A stretch of 42,615 nucleotides of DNA from Candidatus Caldarchaeales archaeon. GTDB lineage: Archaea > Thermoproteota > Nitrososphaeria_A > Caldarchaeales > Wolframiiraptoraceae. The translations under genes and the position numbers were made by a program. The stretch lies in NCBI GenBank assembly GCA_039630055.1, contig JBCNVN010000008.1, positions 1 through 42,615 on the forward strand, in the 5' to 3' direction. Positions 8,512 through 17,885 of the stretch are shown here, piece after piece; within the stretch, counting starts at the first letter, position 1, and each line of letters begins with the position of its first letter. Under the pieces are notes generated by a model. That model was not told the origin of the DNA and did not search any database. It saw nothing but the letters and a program-made list of their open reading frames with translations.

Positions 8512-9250
8512 CTTCCTCTCTCCTAGGGATCACGGTTGCAGGCGTCTCCGAAGATTTGTATCTATATCCTCTTATCACGGCTATAGGGATTCCCTCATCC
8601 GCTTGACCTATTACCAACTCTGCGGCAGAAGCCAGTTCATCAGCAATACATATAATCTTAGCAGTAAGTTCTCTACCATAGAGGTCTCTTTCTCCCCTTC
8701 TATCTAGTAATGGTTCTATCCCAGAACATCCTATGGCCACATTTATTGCACCATTTCTAAGAGGTCTTCCATGTGTATCAGATATTATAATCGCAACATC
8801 TACGCCTGTCAATTCCCGTATCTTCTCTCTTATCTTCTTGGCAGATCTGTCTGGATCGAGAGGTAATAGTGCGGCTCTACCTCTTCCTGCATTGGATAAG
8901 TCGACTCCTGCATTTGCACAGACAATCCCCCCATTGGTCTCAGAGATTATTAAGCCCCTCCTCATCCTAACTATCCTCTTAGACTCTCTTAAGACTAACT
9001 CTATTTGTCTAGGATCTTTACCTGATTCCTCAGCGATCTTTATAGCGAATTCTGATGGCTTTATGCTTGATAAGTCTACTACTCTTCCCTCCGACTTAGA
9101 GATTATGATATGGCTGACTACGAATATATCTCCTTCTTTTGGTTCTAAACCCATCCTCTTCATGGAATCAACTATAATCTCTCCGATATCTACACCTTCA
9201 GATATATCTGGAATATATTCCAATCCGATAATCTCTATCTTGTTTTTCAT
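8495..9250 (-). CDS. cofE: Coenzyme F420-0:L-glutamate ligase
   Basis: IISKSEGR, ANAGVDLSN, LPLDPDRSA, ISDTHGRPLRNG and ADELASAAELVIGQADEGIP motifs. Confidence 0.93.
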   Translation of the reverse strand: MKNKIEIIGLEYIPDISEGVDIGEIIVDSMKRMGLEPKEGDIFVVSHIIISKSEGRVVDLSSIKPSEFAIKIAEESGKDPRQIELVLRESKRIVRMRRGLIISETNGGIVCANAGVDLSNAGRGRAALLPLDPDRSAKKIREKIRELTGVDVAIIISDTHGRPLRNGAINVAIGCSGIEPLLDRRGERDLYGRELTAKIICIADELASAAELVIGQADEGIPIAVIRGYRYKSSETPATVIPRREEDDLFL

Positions 9251-9303
9251 GGTATAGATGATTAATGTGTAAAGTCTCTAATATTATTTCTTTAGAAAGA
9301 GTT

Positions 9304-9471
9304 TTAAATCTCGATGATCCACTGAGATATGTTAAATATATCTCTTACCGTGGGCGATATGAATTCTTTCAATAAATATGCTAATCCTGCGACCGCGACT
9401 AGAACCGCTAGGAAGAACATGAACAAAGCTATGACAGACAATGCTTCTTTAACAAGTATTCTGTAAGACAT
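9304..9471 (-). CDS. Small single-TM membrane protein (55 aa)
   Basis: Manual translation MSYRILVKEALSVIALFMFFLAVLVAVAGLAYLLKEFISPTVRDIFNISQWIIEI*. It has one ~24-residue hydrophobic helix and a CTTATAT box ~30 nt upstream, and it fills an otherwise empty gap. Confidence 0.6.
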   Translation of the reverse strand: MSYRILVKEALSVIALFMFFLAVLVAVAGLAYLLKEFISPTVRDIFNISQWIIEI

Positions 9472-9562
9472 CTCTGTATTTGTCTAAAGATTAAAGGAGA
9501 ATATAAGCATCTCCTGCTTGGAGATGCTAGAAGCTTGGATGAGCTCTCTCATAAAGCTATAT

Positions 9563-10276
9563 TTACGCTATTCCTAGATACATTTTTGCTAATTCAGGAT
9601 GGTGTAAAAGATCTTTTGCCGAGCCTTCAAACCTCATAGTACCGCTTACAAGCAGGTAGGCTCTATCTCCTATCTCTAATGCTTTCCGAGCAGCCTGCTC
9701 TACCATTACGATCGTTAATCCCAGCTCATCTCTCAATTGTACAACTTTCTCCATCACCCTCTTCACTAGTATAGGTGCTAGATCTGTAGACATCTCATCA
9801 AGCATTAGGATCTTCGGTTGTCTCATCAAGGCCATGCCTATCGCAAGCATTCTCCTCTCTCCACCGCTTAGAGTACCTGCTCTCCTATTGATGAAATCTT
9901 TCAATACGGGGAAGATATCTAGTATCTCTAACATCCTGGTTTTAACTTCTTCTTTGGGAAGGAGATACCCAGCGATCTTCAAGTTCTCTTCAACGGTCAA
10001 TTCTGATAGGACATTATCCATCTGGGGTAGGTAGGCTATACCCATCTTTGCGATCTTGTAAGCGGGTAGACCGTTCAGCTTCTTACCCTCAAAGAATATG
10101 TTACCATTATGGATCGTTGCTAAACCCACCAAACTATTTAGGAGGGTTGTCTTCCCAGCTCCATTGGGCCCGACGACAACCGTTATACTATTACTCTCTA
10201 CCGTGAAGTTTATATCGAATAATACTTTGATCTTCCCATATCCAGAATATAGTGAAGACGTCTCTAGGAGGGGCAT
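9563..10276 (-). CDS. livF: Branched-chain amino acid ABC transporter ATPase
   Basis: GPNGAGKTT Walker A, LSGGERRMLAIG signature, LMLDE and VEQ. Confidence 0.9.
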   Translation of the reverse strand: MPLLETSSLYSGYGKIKVLFDINFTVESNSITVVVGPNGAGKTTLLNSLVGLATIHNGNIFFEGKKLNGLPAYKIAKMGIAYLPQMDNVLSELTVEENLKIAGYLLPKEEVKTRMLEILDIFPVLKDFINRRAGTLSGGERRMLAIGMALMRQPKILMLDEMSTDLAPILVKRVMEKVVQLRDELGLTIVMVEQAARKALEIGDRAYLLVSGTMRFEGSAKDLLHHPELAKMYLGIA

Positions 10277-10282
10277 GAAGGT

Positions 10283-11047
10283 TCACCCTAGGTATACTTC
10301 AATCACCTTAGGGTTTCTTTCAACCTCATTTGGAGGCCCTTCAAATATAACTCGACCACGATCCATAACGTATACATAGTCAGCGAAGGGCAATGCTATA
10401 TCAATCCTATGCTCGATCAATAGGAAGCTTATTCTCAAAGCATCCTTAATATTTCTAACGTAACCAAGTATGTCTCCTGCGTATGATGGATCTACCCCTC
10501 CAATAGGCTCATCGAGAGCTATAAGCTTAGCGCCTGTGGCCAATGCTCTAGAGATCTCAAGCATCTTGAGCTGGGCTCCCCCTAGTTTGAAAGCTTCATA
10601 ATACCATAAATCTTCTAGACCGACCCTAGCCAGTATCTTAAATGCTTTCTCAATATTCTCTTCTTCCTCTCTTATCCAGGCTCTTCTCAACAGACTTTTT
10701 ATCGGGTTTTCAGCACTACTTTTCAAGGAAGCTAAGACATTCTCTAAAACCGTAAGCTTTAAGAAGGGTGAAGGGATCTGGAATGTTCTCACGAATCCTG
10801 CTCTATATACTTTATGGGATGGCCATCCAGTGATATCTTTTCCCATGAAGTATATACTCCCTGAATCTGGTTTCAATACACCAGTACACAAGTTGACGAA
10901 CGTGGTCTTTCCCGCACCATTAGGACCGATCAACATGGTAATCATATTCTCTCTCAGAATAATCCTAACATTATCTACCGCAAGTAATCCACCAAAAGAC
11001 TTGGTCAGGTTAACAGTCCATAAAATCCTTCCATCTTCTTGAGCCAA
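10283..11047 (-). CDS. livG: Branched-chain amino acid ABC transporter ATPase
   Basis: KSFGGLLAV, GPNGAGKTT, RTFQIP, LDEP, IEH and NPKVIEVYLG C-terminal motif. Confidence 0.9.
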   Translation of the reverse strand: MAQEDGRILWTVNLTKSFGGLLAVDNVRIILRENMITMLIGPNGAGKTTFVNLCTGVLKPDSGSIYFMGKDITGWPSHKVYRAGFVRTFQIPSPFLKLTVLENVLASLKSSAENPIKSLLRRAWIREEEENIEKAFKILARVGLEDLWYYEAFKLGGAQLKMLEISRALATGAKLIALDEPIGGVDPSYAGDILGYVRNIKDALRISFLLIEHRIDIALPFADYVYVMDRGRVIFEGPPNEVERNPKVIEVYLG

Positions 11048-11077
11048 ATCCTATCCGCCTACCATTACTCTATTCAT

Positions 11078-11108
11078 AATAAAAAAGGGTGGAAAGATAA
11101 AAAGGTTA
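11078..11108 (-). terminator. T-rich tracts downstream of the substrate-binding protein gene (possible partial terminator)
   Basis: Minus strand reads CCTTTTTATCTTTCCACCCTTTTTTATT between the SBP stop and livG. Confidence 0.4.
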
Positions 11109-11112
11109 TTTT

Positions 11113-12468
11113 TTATTTTGCTGTAGCTTTTAGCCACCAGTCAGACCATGTTATAGTATCTGTTACCGCATTCCATATTCCAGCTATCTTCCAATCGTAT
11201 TCTCCGTCTTTGGGCCAAGGTATCCATAATTCGTAGTCTGCGAAGGCTCTATCTCCATCGGGGTTAAGCCCGAAGTATCCTGTTGCGCCAAAGTATCGTT
11301 TAAGGACCTCGGGTAAATGTTGTCTAACAGCCTCTGAATCATATGAATCGACATGGTCTAAAGCTAGAGCAAGTGTCCACACAATATCATATGCTGCATA
11401 TGCATATGTATCTGGTGTTCTCCCAAGCTTCTCTCTGACATATGCTTCAACCTTATCTTTGTAGGGTGATGCTCCAGCAGCAAAGATAGGATTCAAGAAT
11501 CTAACCTTCACAGATAATTCTGCTGCATCTTTCTCTTTCACTATTGGTGCAAGTCCAGCTGTTCCATCGGATCCAACCCAATGAACCTCCGCAAGTATTG
11601 GATAAGCTTTAGCAGCCGCGAAGAATGCGACCGCTTCTTCAAAGGCTATGAGCGAGACTCCTACCTTCTCTTTACCATGCTTCTTAACTAAGTCTTCTAC
11701 TATCTCTGCGAGTTTTGCTGCTTCTGCAGAGAATTCTTTTGCTGCGGGATCGTAACGTATCCCTGGAGTCACACCCCCTTCTACTCCAGCCTTTTCCAAC
11801 AACTTCTTAAATGATTCTTCGGTTGCATGAGCTAGTCCATCTCCCCAAGTATCTCCTCTCCATGCTTGTACTATGTATCGGACACCTGCATCAAAGAAGA
11901 CCCTTGCGGCTGCAGGTCCCTGTATTACATCTGTTGGACAGTATCTATATACCCAGTCCCCTGGAATCGCTAATGCTGGAGATGTGGATGATTGGGAGAT
12001 CACTAGCAGCTTGTTTGCATCTGCATAAGATTTAATCTCACTAACCTCAGCACTTGTCATAGGTCCTATAAAGAATTTTATACCTCTACCGTGTAGAACC
12101 ATCGCTTTATCCATGGCTGTCTTTGGATCGGTGGCGGTATCCTCGACATATATCTTGATAAACCATGGTTCCCCTCTAGCTTTAAGCCATTCATTAATCT
12201 CCTTCTCCGCCAACTCCAATGCAACCTTGCTATTCTCACCATATGATGAGAGGACGCCCGTCAGGGCTAACAGTGCACCTATCTTGACCTCGCCTACTAA
12301 TCCCGGAGCCCCAGGAGCCGTAGTGGTTACGGTCGTTGTAACGGTAACTGGAGCTGCAGGCGGTGGTGATGTCGTTAAAGCTACCCCATATCCTGCGGCC
12401 ACACCAACGACTAAGGCGACGATTACGGAAACTACAAGTAGACTTCTGGTTATTGCAACCATCTTCAC
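11113..12468 (-). CDS. Liv-type ABC transporter substrate-binding protein (N-terminal TM anchor, Thr/Pro linker)
   Basis: N-terminal hydrophobic helix, TVTTTVTTT linker, VKIGALLALTG, EDTATDP, SQSSTSPAL and YAYAAYD. The true start may be ATG at 12462 (GGTG SD upstream). Confidence 0.9.
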   Translation of the reverse strand: MKMVAITRSLLVVSVIVALVVGVAAGYGVALTTSPPPAAPVTVTTTVTTTAPGAPGLVGEVKIGALLALTGVLSSYGENSKVALELAEKEINEWLKARGEPWFIKIYVEDTATDPKTAMDKAMVLHGRGIKFFIGPMTSAEVSEIKSYADANKLLVISQSSTSPALAIPGDWVYRYCPTDVIQGPAAARVFFDAGVRYIVQAWRGDTWGDGLAHATEESFKKLLEKAGVEGGVTPGIRYDPAAKEFSAEAAKLAEIVEDLVKKHGKEKVGVSLIAFEEAVAFFAAAKAYPILAEVHWVGSDGTAGLAPIVKEKDAAELSVKVRFLNPIFAAGASPYKDKVEAYVREKLGRTPDTYAYAAYDIVWTLALALDHVDSYDSEAVRQHLPEVLKRYFGATGYFGLNPDGDRAFADYELWIPWPKDGEYDWKIAGIWNAVTDTITWSDWWLKATAK

Positions 12469-12758
12469 ACCTTCTTGGTAGAAATTAGAGAAAAGTTGTT
12501 TATATAATTTTTGGTTAAAAATGTGAATACATCTCTAGACGAATTTGTTGGGAACAATCCAATGGATAGTGACAATACTATTGCATCGGCACTTACTAGA
12601 GAGTCGACTATACTAATCCTAAATTTTGTAGAGAGAAACTAGTAGGGGTTTGGAAGACCTAGCGGATGCCTAATTATGACTTATATTATGATTTATTCTG
12701 TGATAAGATTTTTATTCTATGGAATTAACTATTAACCTAAGAGTATAGGGTGAGATGA

Positions 12759-13742
12759 TTGATAGACCTAGTATTGAAGGCGATAGCTTATTCAAGTGGG
12801 ATCGCTCTAACTTCGGCTGGAATAACGATAATATACATGGCTACTAGAACATTCAATTTCTCACATGCCTCGATGGTTTCATGGGGATTCTATGTTGTCT
12901 TTGCCTTATACACACTTCTCGGTGGAACACCTTACTACTATATCGCATTCGCAGCTTTATTCTCAGGATTTCTAGGAATAGTTCTATATTACTTCGTAAA
13001 TAGGTACCTTCTAAAAGTCGGAGCCTCGACCATCACACTAATGATGTCTACTCTGGGTATAGACCTAATATACTTCGCATCTATCAATATTTTCGCAGAT
13101 TACTTGACGGAGGTATACAAGGTCCCCAACGCTAGATACTTTGTCTTAGAATTAAAAGATCTATCTCTGGGAACCATAGGTGGTATAAATATAAGAGCTA
13201 TCCCATTTGTCTCTATATCGATCGTAGTTGTGCTCATAATAATTCTCCACCTATTCTTGGTAAAGACGAAGTTCGGCATCGCGGTCAGAGCAACCATTGA
13301 AAATACCTCCCTGGCGACAGTGCTCGGAATTAATCCTGAAAGAGTATATGTCTTCTCATGGTTTATTGGAGGTGCACTCGCAGGGTTAGGTGGTGGATTA
13401 CTCTCGATGACGATAAGCGGTTACCCAGCTGTCGGAATAACTATTATAGTCACTATGTTTGCCGGCTCGATAGTTGGAGGATTATACAGTATCTTTGGAA
13501 GCTTGCTGGGAGGGTTCATGATAGGCCTGAGTGAGTACCTGGGAATAACAGCTCTTTCAATAGTGTTAGGTGGATGGGTTTTAGCTTATAGGTTACTCAT
13601 ACCTTTAACAGCCTTGGCATTATCGTTACTTATCTATCCGCAAGGCCTTGGCGGCATAAAGTTCAGAAGATTAATGTTTAAATCTTCTAGTAGAAGGATT
13701 TTGTCTAGCGGTGGAGGCGGAGAAGGGAAGGTGAAGAAGTGA
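12759..13742 (+). CDS. livH: Branched-chain amino acid ABC transporter permease
   Basis: GITIIY...FNFSHA, KTKFGIAVRATIEN...LGINPERV and GGALAGLGG. Confidence 0.88.
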   Translation: MIDLVLKAIAYSSGIALTSAGITIIYMATRTFNFSHASMVSWGFYVVFALYTLLGGTPYYYIAFAALFSGFLGIVLYYFVNRYLLKVGASTITLMMSTLGIDLIYFASINIFADYLTEVYKVPNARYFVLELKDLSLGTIGGINIRAIPFVSISIVVVLIIILHLFLVKTKFGIAVRATIENTSLATVLGINPERVYVFSWFIGGALAGLGGGLLSMTISGYPAVGITIIVTMFAGSIVGGLYSIFGSLLGGFMIGLSEYLGITALSIVLGGWVLAYRLLIPLTALALSLLIYPQGLGGIKFRRLMFKSSSRRILSSGGGGEGKVKK

Positions 13743-14815
13743 TGGTTATCGAGATACCTCCCCTAATCCTAAATATCCTGATAAATTTCGCTATAGGATT
13801 GATAATAACCGTCAGTCTAAACCTAGAGGTTGGGATAGCGGGTGTGGCCCAGTTTGGTAGAGTTCTGGCCGTGATCGTGGGAGCGATAGTCGCCGCAGCC
13901 ATTCCTGGAAGAATCTTGGCGTGGAGTATGAATCTACCTTATGGTGCGGATTATGCTTTTCATCTATATAACTTCAGGATCGTCTACCAGATAAACACCA
14001 TTCTCCAAACAGATATTGCTCTCTCTATCGGAATATTCCTGTTCACGTTAATTCTAGCTATGTTGATCGGAGGATTAATCGGATACATTTGTTCATATCC
14101 TGCATTAAGGCTTAGAGAAGCATATCTAGGAATCACATTGCTGGCTTTCGGTGATGCAACCCAGATAATTGCATGGAATTATGATCCTCTTGCAGGAGCT
14201 ACACAAGGAGTGATGGTGCCTGATGTATTCGGCTGGCTCGGAGCAGGACCTGAAAGATATATAGGAATAATATCTATAATCATAGGAATTGCGATATTAT
14301 CATTCGTGTTTGTTGAAGCTCTTATAAGGTCACCATTCGGCAGAGCTTTAAAATCAATGAGAGACTCAGAAGTGGCCGCAAAAGTTTATGGTAAAGACAT
14401 AATCAGGTTGAGAGCTCAAGCATTGATAGTAGGCGGTGCTCTAGCTGCGGTAGGAGGAGCTCTATGGGCATTCTACGCAGGACATTTCAAGGCTGTAACG
14501 TATACTAGGCTTACCTGGACCTTCTGGCCATGGGCTTACATGATGTTAGGAGGTATAGGAAATAACCTCGGCATGCTCATAGGAGTATTTGCCTTCTCCA
14601 CAGTCAGATCATTGATATATGCTTATAAAACTGAGATAACCGCATTTATACCTATAAGTCCTCAATGGTTTGAGTACATACTGGTAGGCCTAGCGATAGT
14701 AATTCTCGTATTATTTAGACCCCAGGGATTACTACCTGAGAAGCCTGCATTAACCCTTCCAAAGAGTAAGATTGAGGAGATAATGAAGAAGGTTAAAGAA
14801 GCAGAGAAGTATTAA
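13739..14815 (+). CDS. livM: Branched-chain amino acid ABC transporter permease
   Basis: SLNLEVGIAG, LRLREAYLGITLLAFG, SPFGRALKSMRDSE, GGIGN and FRPQGLLP. Confidence 0.88.
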   Translation: MMVIEIPPLILNILINFAIGLIITVSLNLEVGIAGVAQFGRVLAVIVGAIVAAAIPGRILAWSMNLPYGADYAFHLYNFRIVYQINTILQTDIALSIGIFLFTLILAMLIGGLIGYICSYPALRLREAYLGITLLAFGDATQIIAWNYDPLAGATQGVMVPDVFGWLGAGPERYIGIISIIIGIAILSFVFVEALIRSPFGRALKSMRDSEVAAKVYGKDIIRLRAQALIVGGALAAVGGALWAFYAGHFKAVTYTRLTWTFWPWAYMMLGGIGNNLGMLIGVFAFSTVRSLIYAYKTEITAFIPISPQWFEYILVGLAIVILVLFRPQGLLPEKPALTLPKSKIEEIMKKVKEAEKY

Positions 14816-14856
14816 GAGACTTTGTCCCTATTTCAATAAAGATCTCATGAAGTCTT

Positions 14857-15381
14857 CTATAGGTTGAATACTATCTTCTCATATCCATTATAGTATTCTC
14901 CTCTCCTCATCCTTGTAATCAATATTCTACCATCTAGTATTTCGTATTCTCCCGAGATTTCCACTTCGGTTATTTTCGCCTCGAGGGGGAGAATCCAGTA
15001 AACTTCATAATCGTATTCTGCGACCCCCTTCTCATAAAAGCATTCATAAATATTTAACCCATTTAGCAACTCTCCTCTAAACTCTATCAAATATACTGGA
15101 GTTGGTAATTCGGGGGATCCTCTAAACTCTAAGCTTACCATCGATACCTCGACTTCTACTTCTTTCTTGTTAACCAGTACTTTTTCTTCTCTTAAAAATT
15201 CATTCATCACGAGTAGAAGCCTCTCCATCTCTCTTTGATACTCATCTTCATTCTCGACTAGATGGTAATAGTAATGCTCTCTATCATAGTAATCGAAGAT
15301 CAGTATCTGTGAAAAGAGGCCTGAAGCATCTACTTTAAAGAATGCTTGTGCATGTATCGGTTCAATATTCATCTCCAACAA
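14857..15381 (-). CDS. Hypothetical acidic protein
   Basis: 174-aa ORF with normal coding composition and no recognised motif. Confidence 0.7.
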   Translation of the reverse strand: MLEMNIEPIHAQAFFKVDASGLFSQILIFDYYDREHYYYHLVENEDEYQREMERLLLVMNEFLREEKVLVNKKEVEVEVSMVSLEFRGSPELPTPVYLIEFRGELLNGLNIYECFYEKGVAEYDYEVYWILPLEAKITEVEISGEYEILDGRILITRMRRGEYYNGYEKIVFNL

Positions 15382-15558
15382 CTAGAATTATTAACTGATA
15401 AATAATATATATCCAATTCTCTCCGGTATTAGTAAGCCGGAATATATTCTACCCTAAATATTTATGCCATACTGATTGGATATACTTGTAAAGTTTGCAA
15501 AGTATTCTTCATATAGTTTGCTGAGAAGCATTATAGTTGAAGATATTTCGGTGATTGT

Positions 15559-15613
15559 TGGTCAGACTGCCCGTCGTGTATCATTGTTCAACGTGGACGT
15601 TATTCATCATCCC
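15559..15613 (-). ncRNA. Box C/D methylation guide sRNA; D guide predicts 16S rRNA Cm1402 (E. coli numbering)
   Basis: Minus strand: gg-ATGATGA(C)-ATAACGTCCACG-TTGA(D')-aca-ATGATAC(C')-ACGACGGGCAGT-CTGA(D)-cc. It has two 12-nt guides, GG/CC ends and a TTTAATA box ~25 nt upstream. Confidence 0.85.
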
Positions 15614-15646
15614 TTAACATAATGATGAGATATTTCTATTAAATAT

Positions 15647-17776
15647 TTACTTTGAGTTCTTTTCACGTAAGACTATTCTTGCATCCACTACTTTGTATCC
15701 TCTTCCTTTCTCGAAAACCATTACAGGGTTTGCATCCAGCTCGCTTATATACTGCTGCTCTAGAGAGAGTTGGGAGAGCCTCATCAACCCTTCAGCAACA
15801 GCATCTATATCTCTTTCTTCTCCACCTCTATAGCCTTTTAAGATCTGCTTTGCACGTATATCTTCTATCATATGGTATGCGCTTAGTTCACGTATTGGTG
15901 CAAGTCTGAAGCTTACATCTTTATATGCCTCGACATATATCCCTCCTAGCCCAAACATTACTACAGGTCCGAATAATGGGTCTCTCTTAACCCCGAAGAT
16001 CACTTCTAAACCATCTCTAACCATCTCTTGTACTGATACTCCCCAAATCCTAGCTTGTGGAGCATGCTTCCTAACATTATTTACTATTTCGTCGAATACT
16101 CTCTTGACTTCTTCAGCATTCTCAATCCTTATCCTTACACCTCCTATATCGAACTTGTGGATTATATCGGGAGAAGCTATCTTCATAACCACTGGATAGC
16201 CTATCTTCTCAGCTGCTTCAACCGCCTCCTCCGGATTCTTAGCCAAGATCATTTTAGCAGTCTTAAAACCATAACATTCTAAGACCTCTAAAGCTTCTAC
16301 ATCTGGCAGGTATCTTCTCCCCTCTGATAGAGCCCGTTTAATAATATCCTCAGCTCGATCCCTATGTACTATGAATGTTCTTACACCCGTTCTAGGTCTC
16401 GTCACCCATTCTCCATACTTATAGAGAGCGGCTAGAGACCTCACAGCATCTTCAGGAAAGTTGAAGTTCGGTATTCTAGAGTTTTCAAGAATCTCTATTG
16501 ATGAAGATATATCACTTACTCCCATAAAACATGTAAGTACAGGTTTATTATACTTAGGAGCTATATCGACTACAACCCTTGCAATCTCATCAACTGTAGT
16601 CATCGCTTGTGGTGTAAGTATTACAATCACAGCATCGACATTCCCATCATTTAGTACATGTTTTAAAGCATGCTCATATCTGGAGTGGTCAGCATCTCCA
16701 ATTAAGTCTACAGGATTCTTGACACTGGCAGCTGGAGATAGACCTGCTCTAAGATTCTTTATAGTATCTTCACTGAACTGAGCAAGTCTAAGTTTATTCC
16801 TAATAACAGCATCTGTTGCAAGTATTGCTGGACCGCCTGCATTACTTATAATAGCTACCCTATCTCCTTTTGGTAGCGGCTGAGTTGAGAAAGCTTTAGC
16901 ATAGTTAAATAACTCTTCTATAGATTCCACTCTCAGCACGCCTGATTGGTTGAAGATAGCTTCGTAGACCTCATCTGAGCTTGCCAAGGCTCCCGTATGG
17001 CTCGATGCTGCACTTGCTCCCTCTAGAGTTCTACCAGCTTTTATAGCTATAACAGGTTTGCCAACCTCTCCCGTAATATATCTCACCGTCTCTATAAATC
17101 TTCTACCATGAGATAGATCTTCGACATACATTAAGATTGTCTTACTCTCAGAGTCGTCTTTAAGATACTCTAATACGTCTATCTCGTTAACATCTGCCTT
17201 ATTTCCGAGGCTGACAACTTTAGAGAAACCTATCCTATACTGTCTAGCATATTCTAATGCTGCAACACATAATGCTCCGCTTTGAGAGATCAGTGCGATC
17301 TGACCGCTTAAAGGCATCTCTCTAGCAAAGGTGACATTCATCCTAACTTTCGGGTCAGCATTTATTATTCCTAAACAGTTCGGTCCAATTATTCTCAGAT
17401 TACCTCTCTTAGCGATAGAGACCACTTCTTCTTCTAATTTTGCACCTTCGGGACCTGTTTCTTTAAATCCAGCAGAGATTATCACTGCAGATCTGATTCC
17501 AACCTCTACACACTCTTCTATTACTTGAGGAGCCGCCCTGTTGGGAACGACTACCACAGCTAAGTCAATCTCATCAGGTATTGAAGAGACATTTGGATAG
17601 GCTTTTATCCCTAATATAGCTCTAGCCTTAGGGTTAACTGGATAGATTACTCCTGTAAACTGCCCATTTACTAGATTTCTCATGATTGCGTGTCCAACAC
17701 TATCGGGATTTCTTGAAGCTCCTATGACCGCTATCGAGTTTGGGTAAAAAAATTTCTGAAGGCTCAACTTCCCCAA
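15647..17776 (-). CDS. acdAB: Acetate/acyl-CoA ligase (ADP-forming), fused alpha-beta subunits
   Basis: IAVIGASR CoA-binding domain, GPNCLG, SQSGA, SHTGALAS phospho-His, SNAGG, NPVDL and C-terminal ATP-grasp (GYPVVMK...HKFDIGGV, ELDANP). Confidence 0.9.
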   Translation of the reverse strand: MGKLSLQKFFYPNSIAVIGASRNPDSVGHAIMRNLVNGQFTGVIYPVNPKARAILGIKAYPNVSSIPDEIDLAVVVVPNRAAPQVIEECVEVGIRSAVIISAGFKETGPEGAKLEEEVVSIAKRGNLRIIGPNCLGIINADPKVRMNVTFAREMPLSGQIALISQSGALCVAALEYARQYRIGFSKVVSLGNKADVNEIDVLEYLKDDSESKTILMYVEDLSHGRRFIETVRYITGEVGKPVIAIKAGRTLEGASAASSHTGALASSDEVYEAIFNQSGVLRVESIEELFNYAKAFSTQPLPKGDRVAIISNAGGPAILATDAVIRNKLRLAQFSEDTIKNLRAGLSPAASVKNPVDLIGDADHSRYEHALKHVLNDGNVDAVIVILTPQAMTTVDEIARVVVDIAPKYNKPVLTCFMGVSDISSSIEILENSRIPNFNFPEDAVRSLAALYKYGEWVTRPRTGVRTFIVHRDRAEDIIKRALSEGRRYLPDVEALEVLECYGFKTAKMILAKNPEEAVEAAEKIGYPVVMKIASPDIIHKFDIGGVRIRIENAEEVKRVFDEIVNNVRKHAPQARIWGVSVQEMVRDGLEVIFGVKRDPLFGPVVMFGLGGIYVEAYKDVSFRLAPIRELSAYHMIEDIRAKQILKGYRGGEERDIDAVAEGLMRLSQLSLEQQYISELDANPVMVFEKGRGYKVVDARIVLREKNSK

Positions 17777-17885
17777 GGATTTATCTCTTAAACACGTATT
17801 TAAGAATATAAAGGGGGTGATTATATACTCTATATAGTTCTTATTACTTAATGGGATCTGTAAAGTGTGTAGTACCGCATGATTT

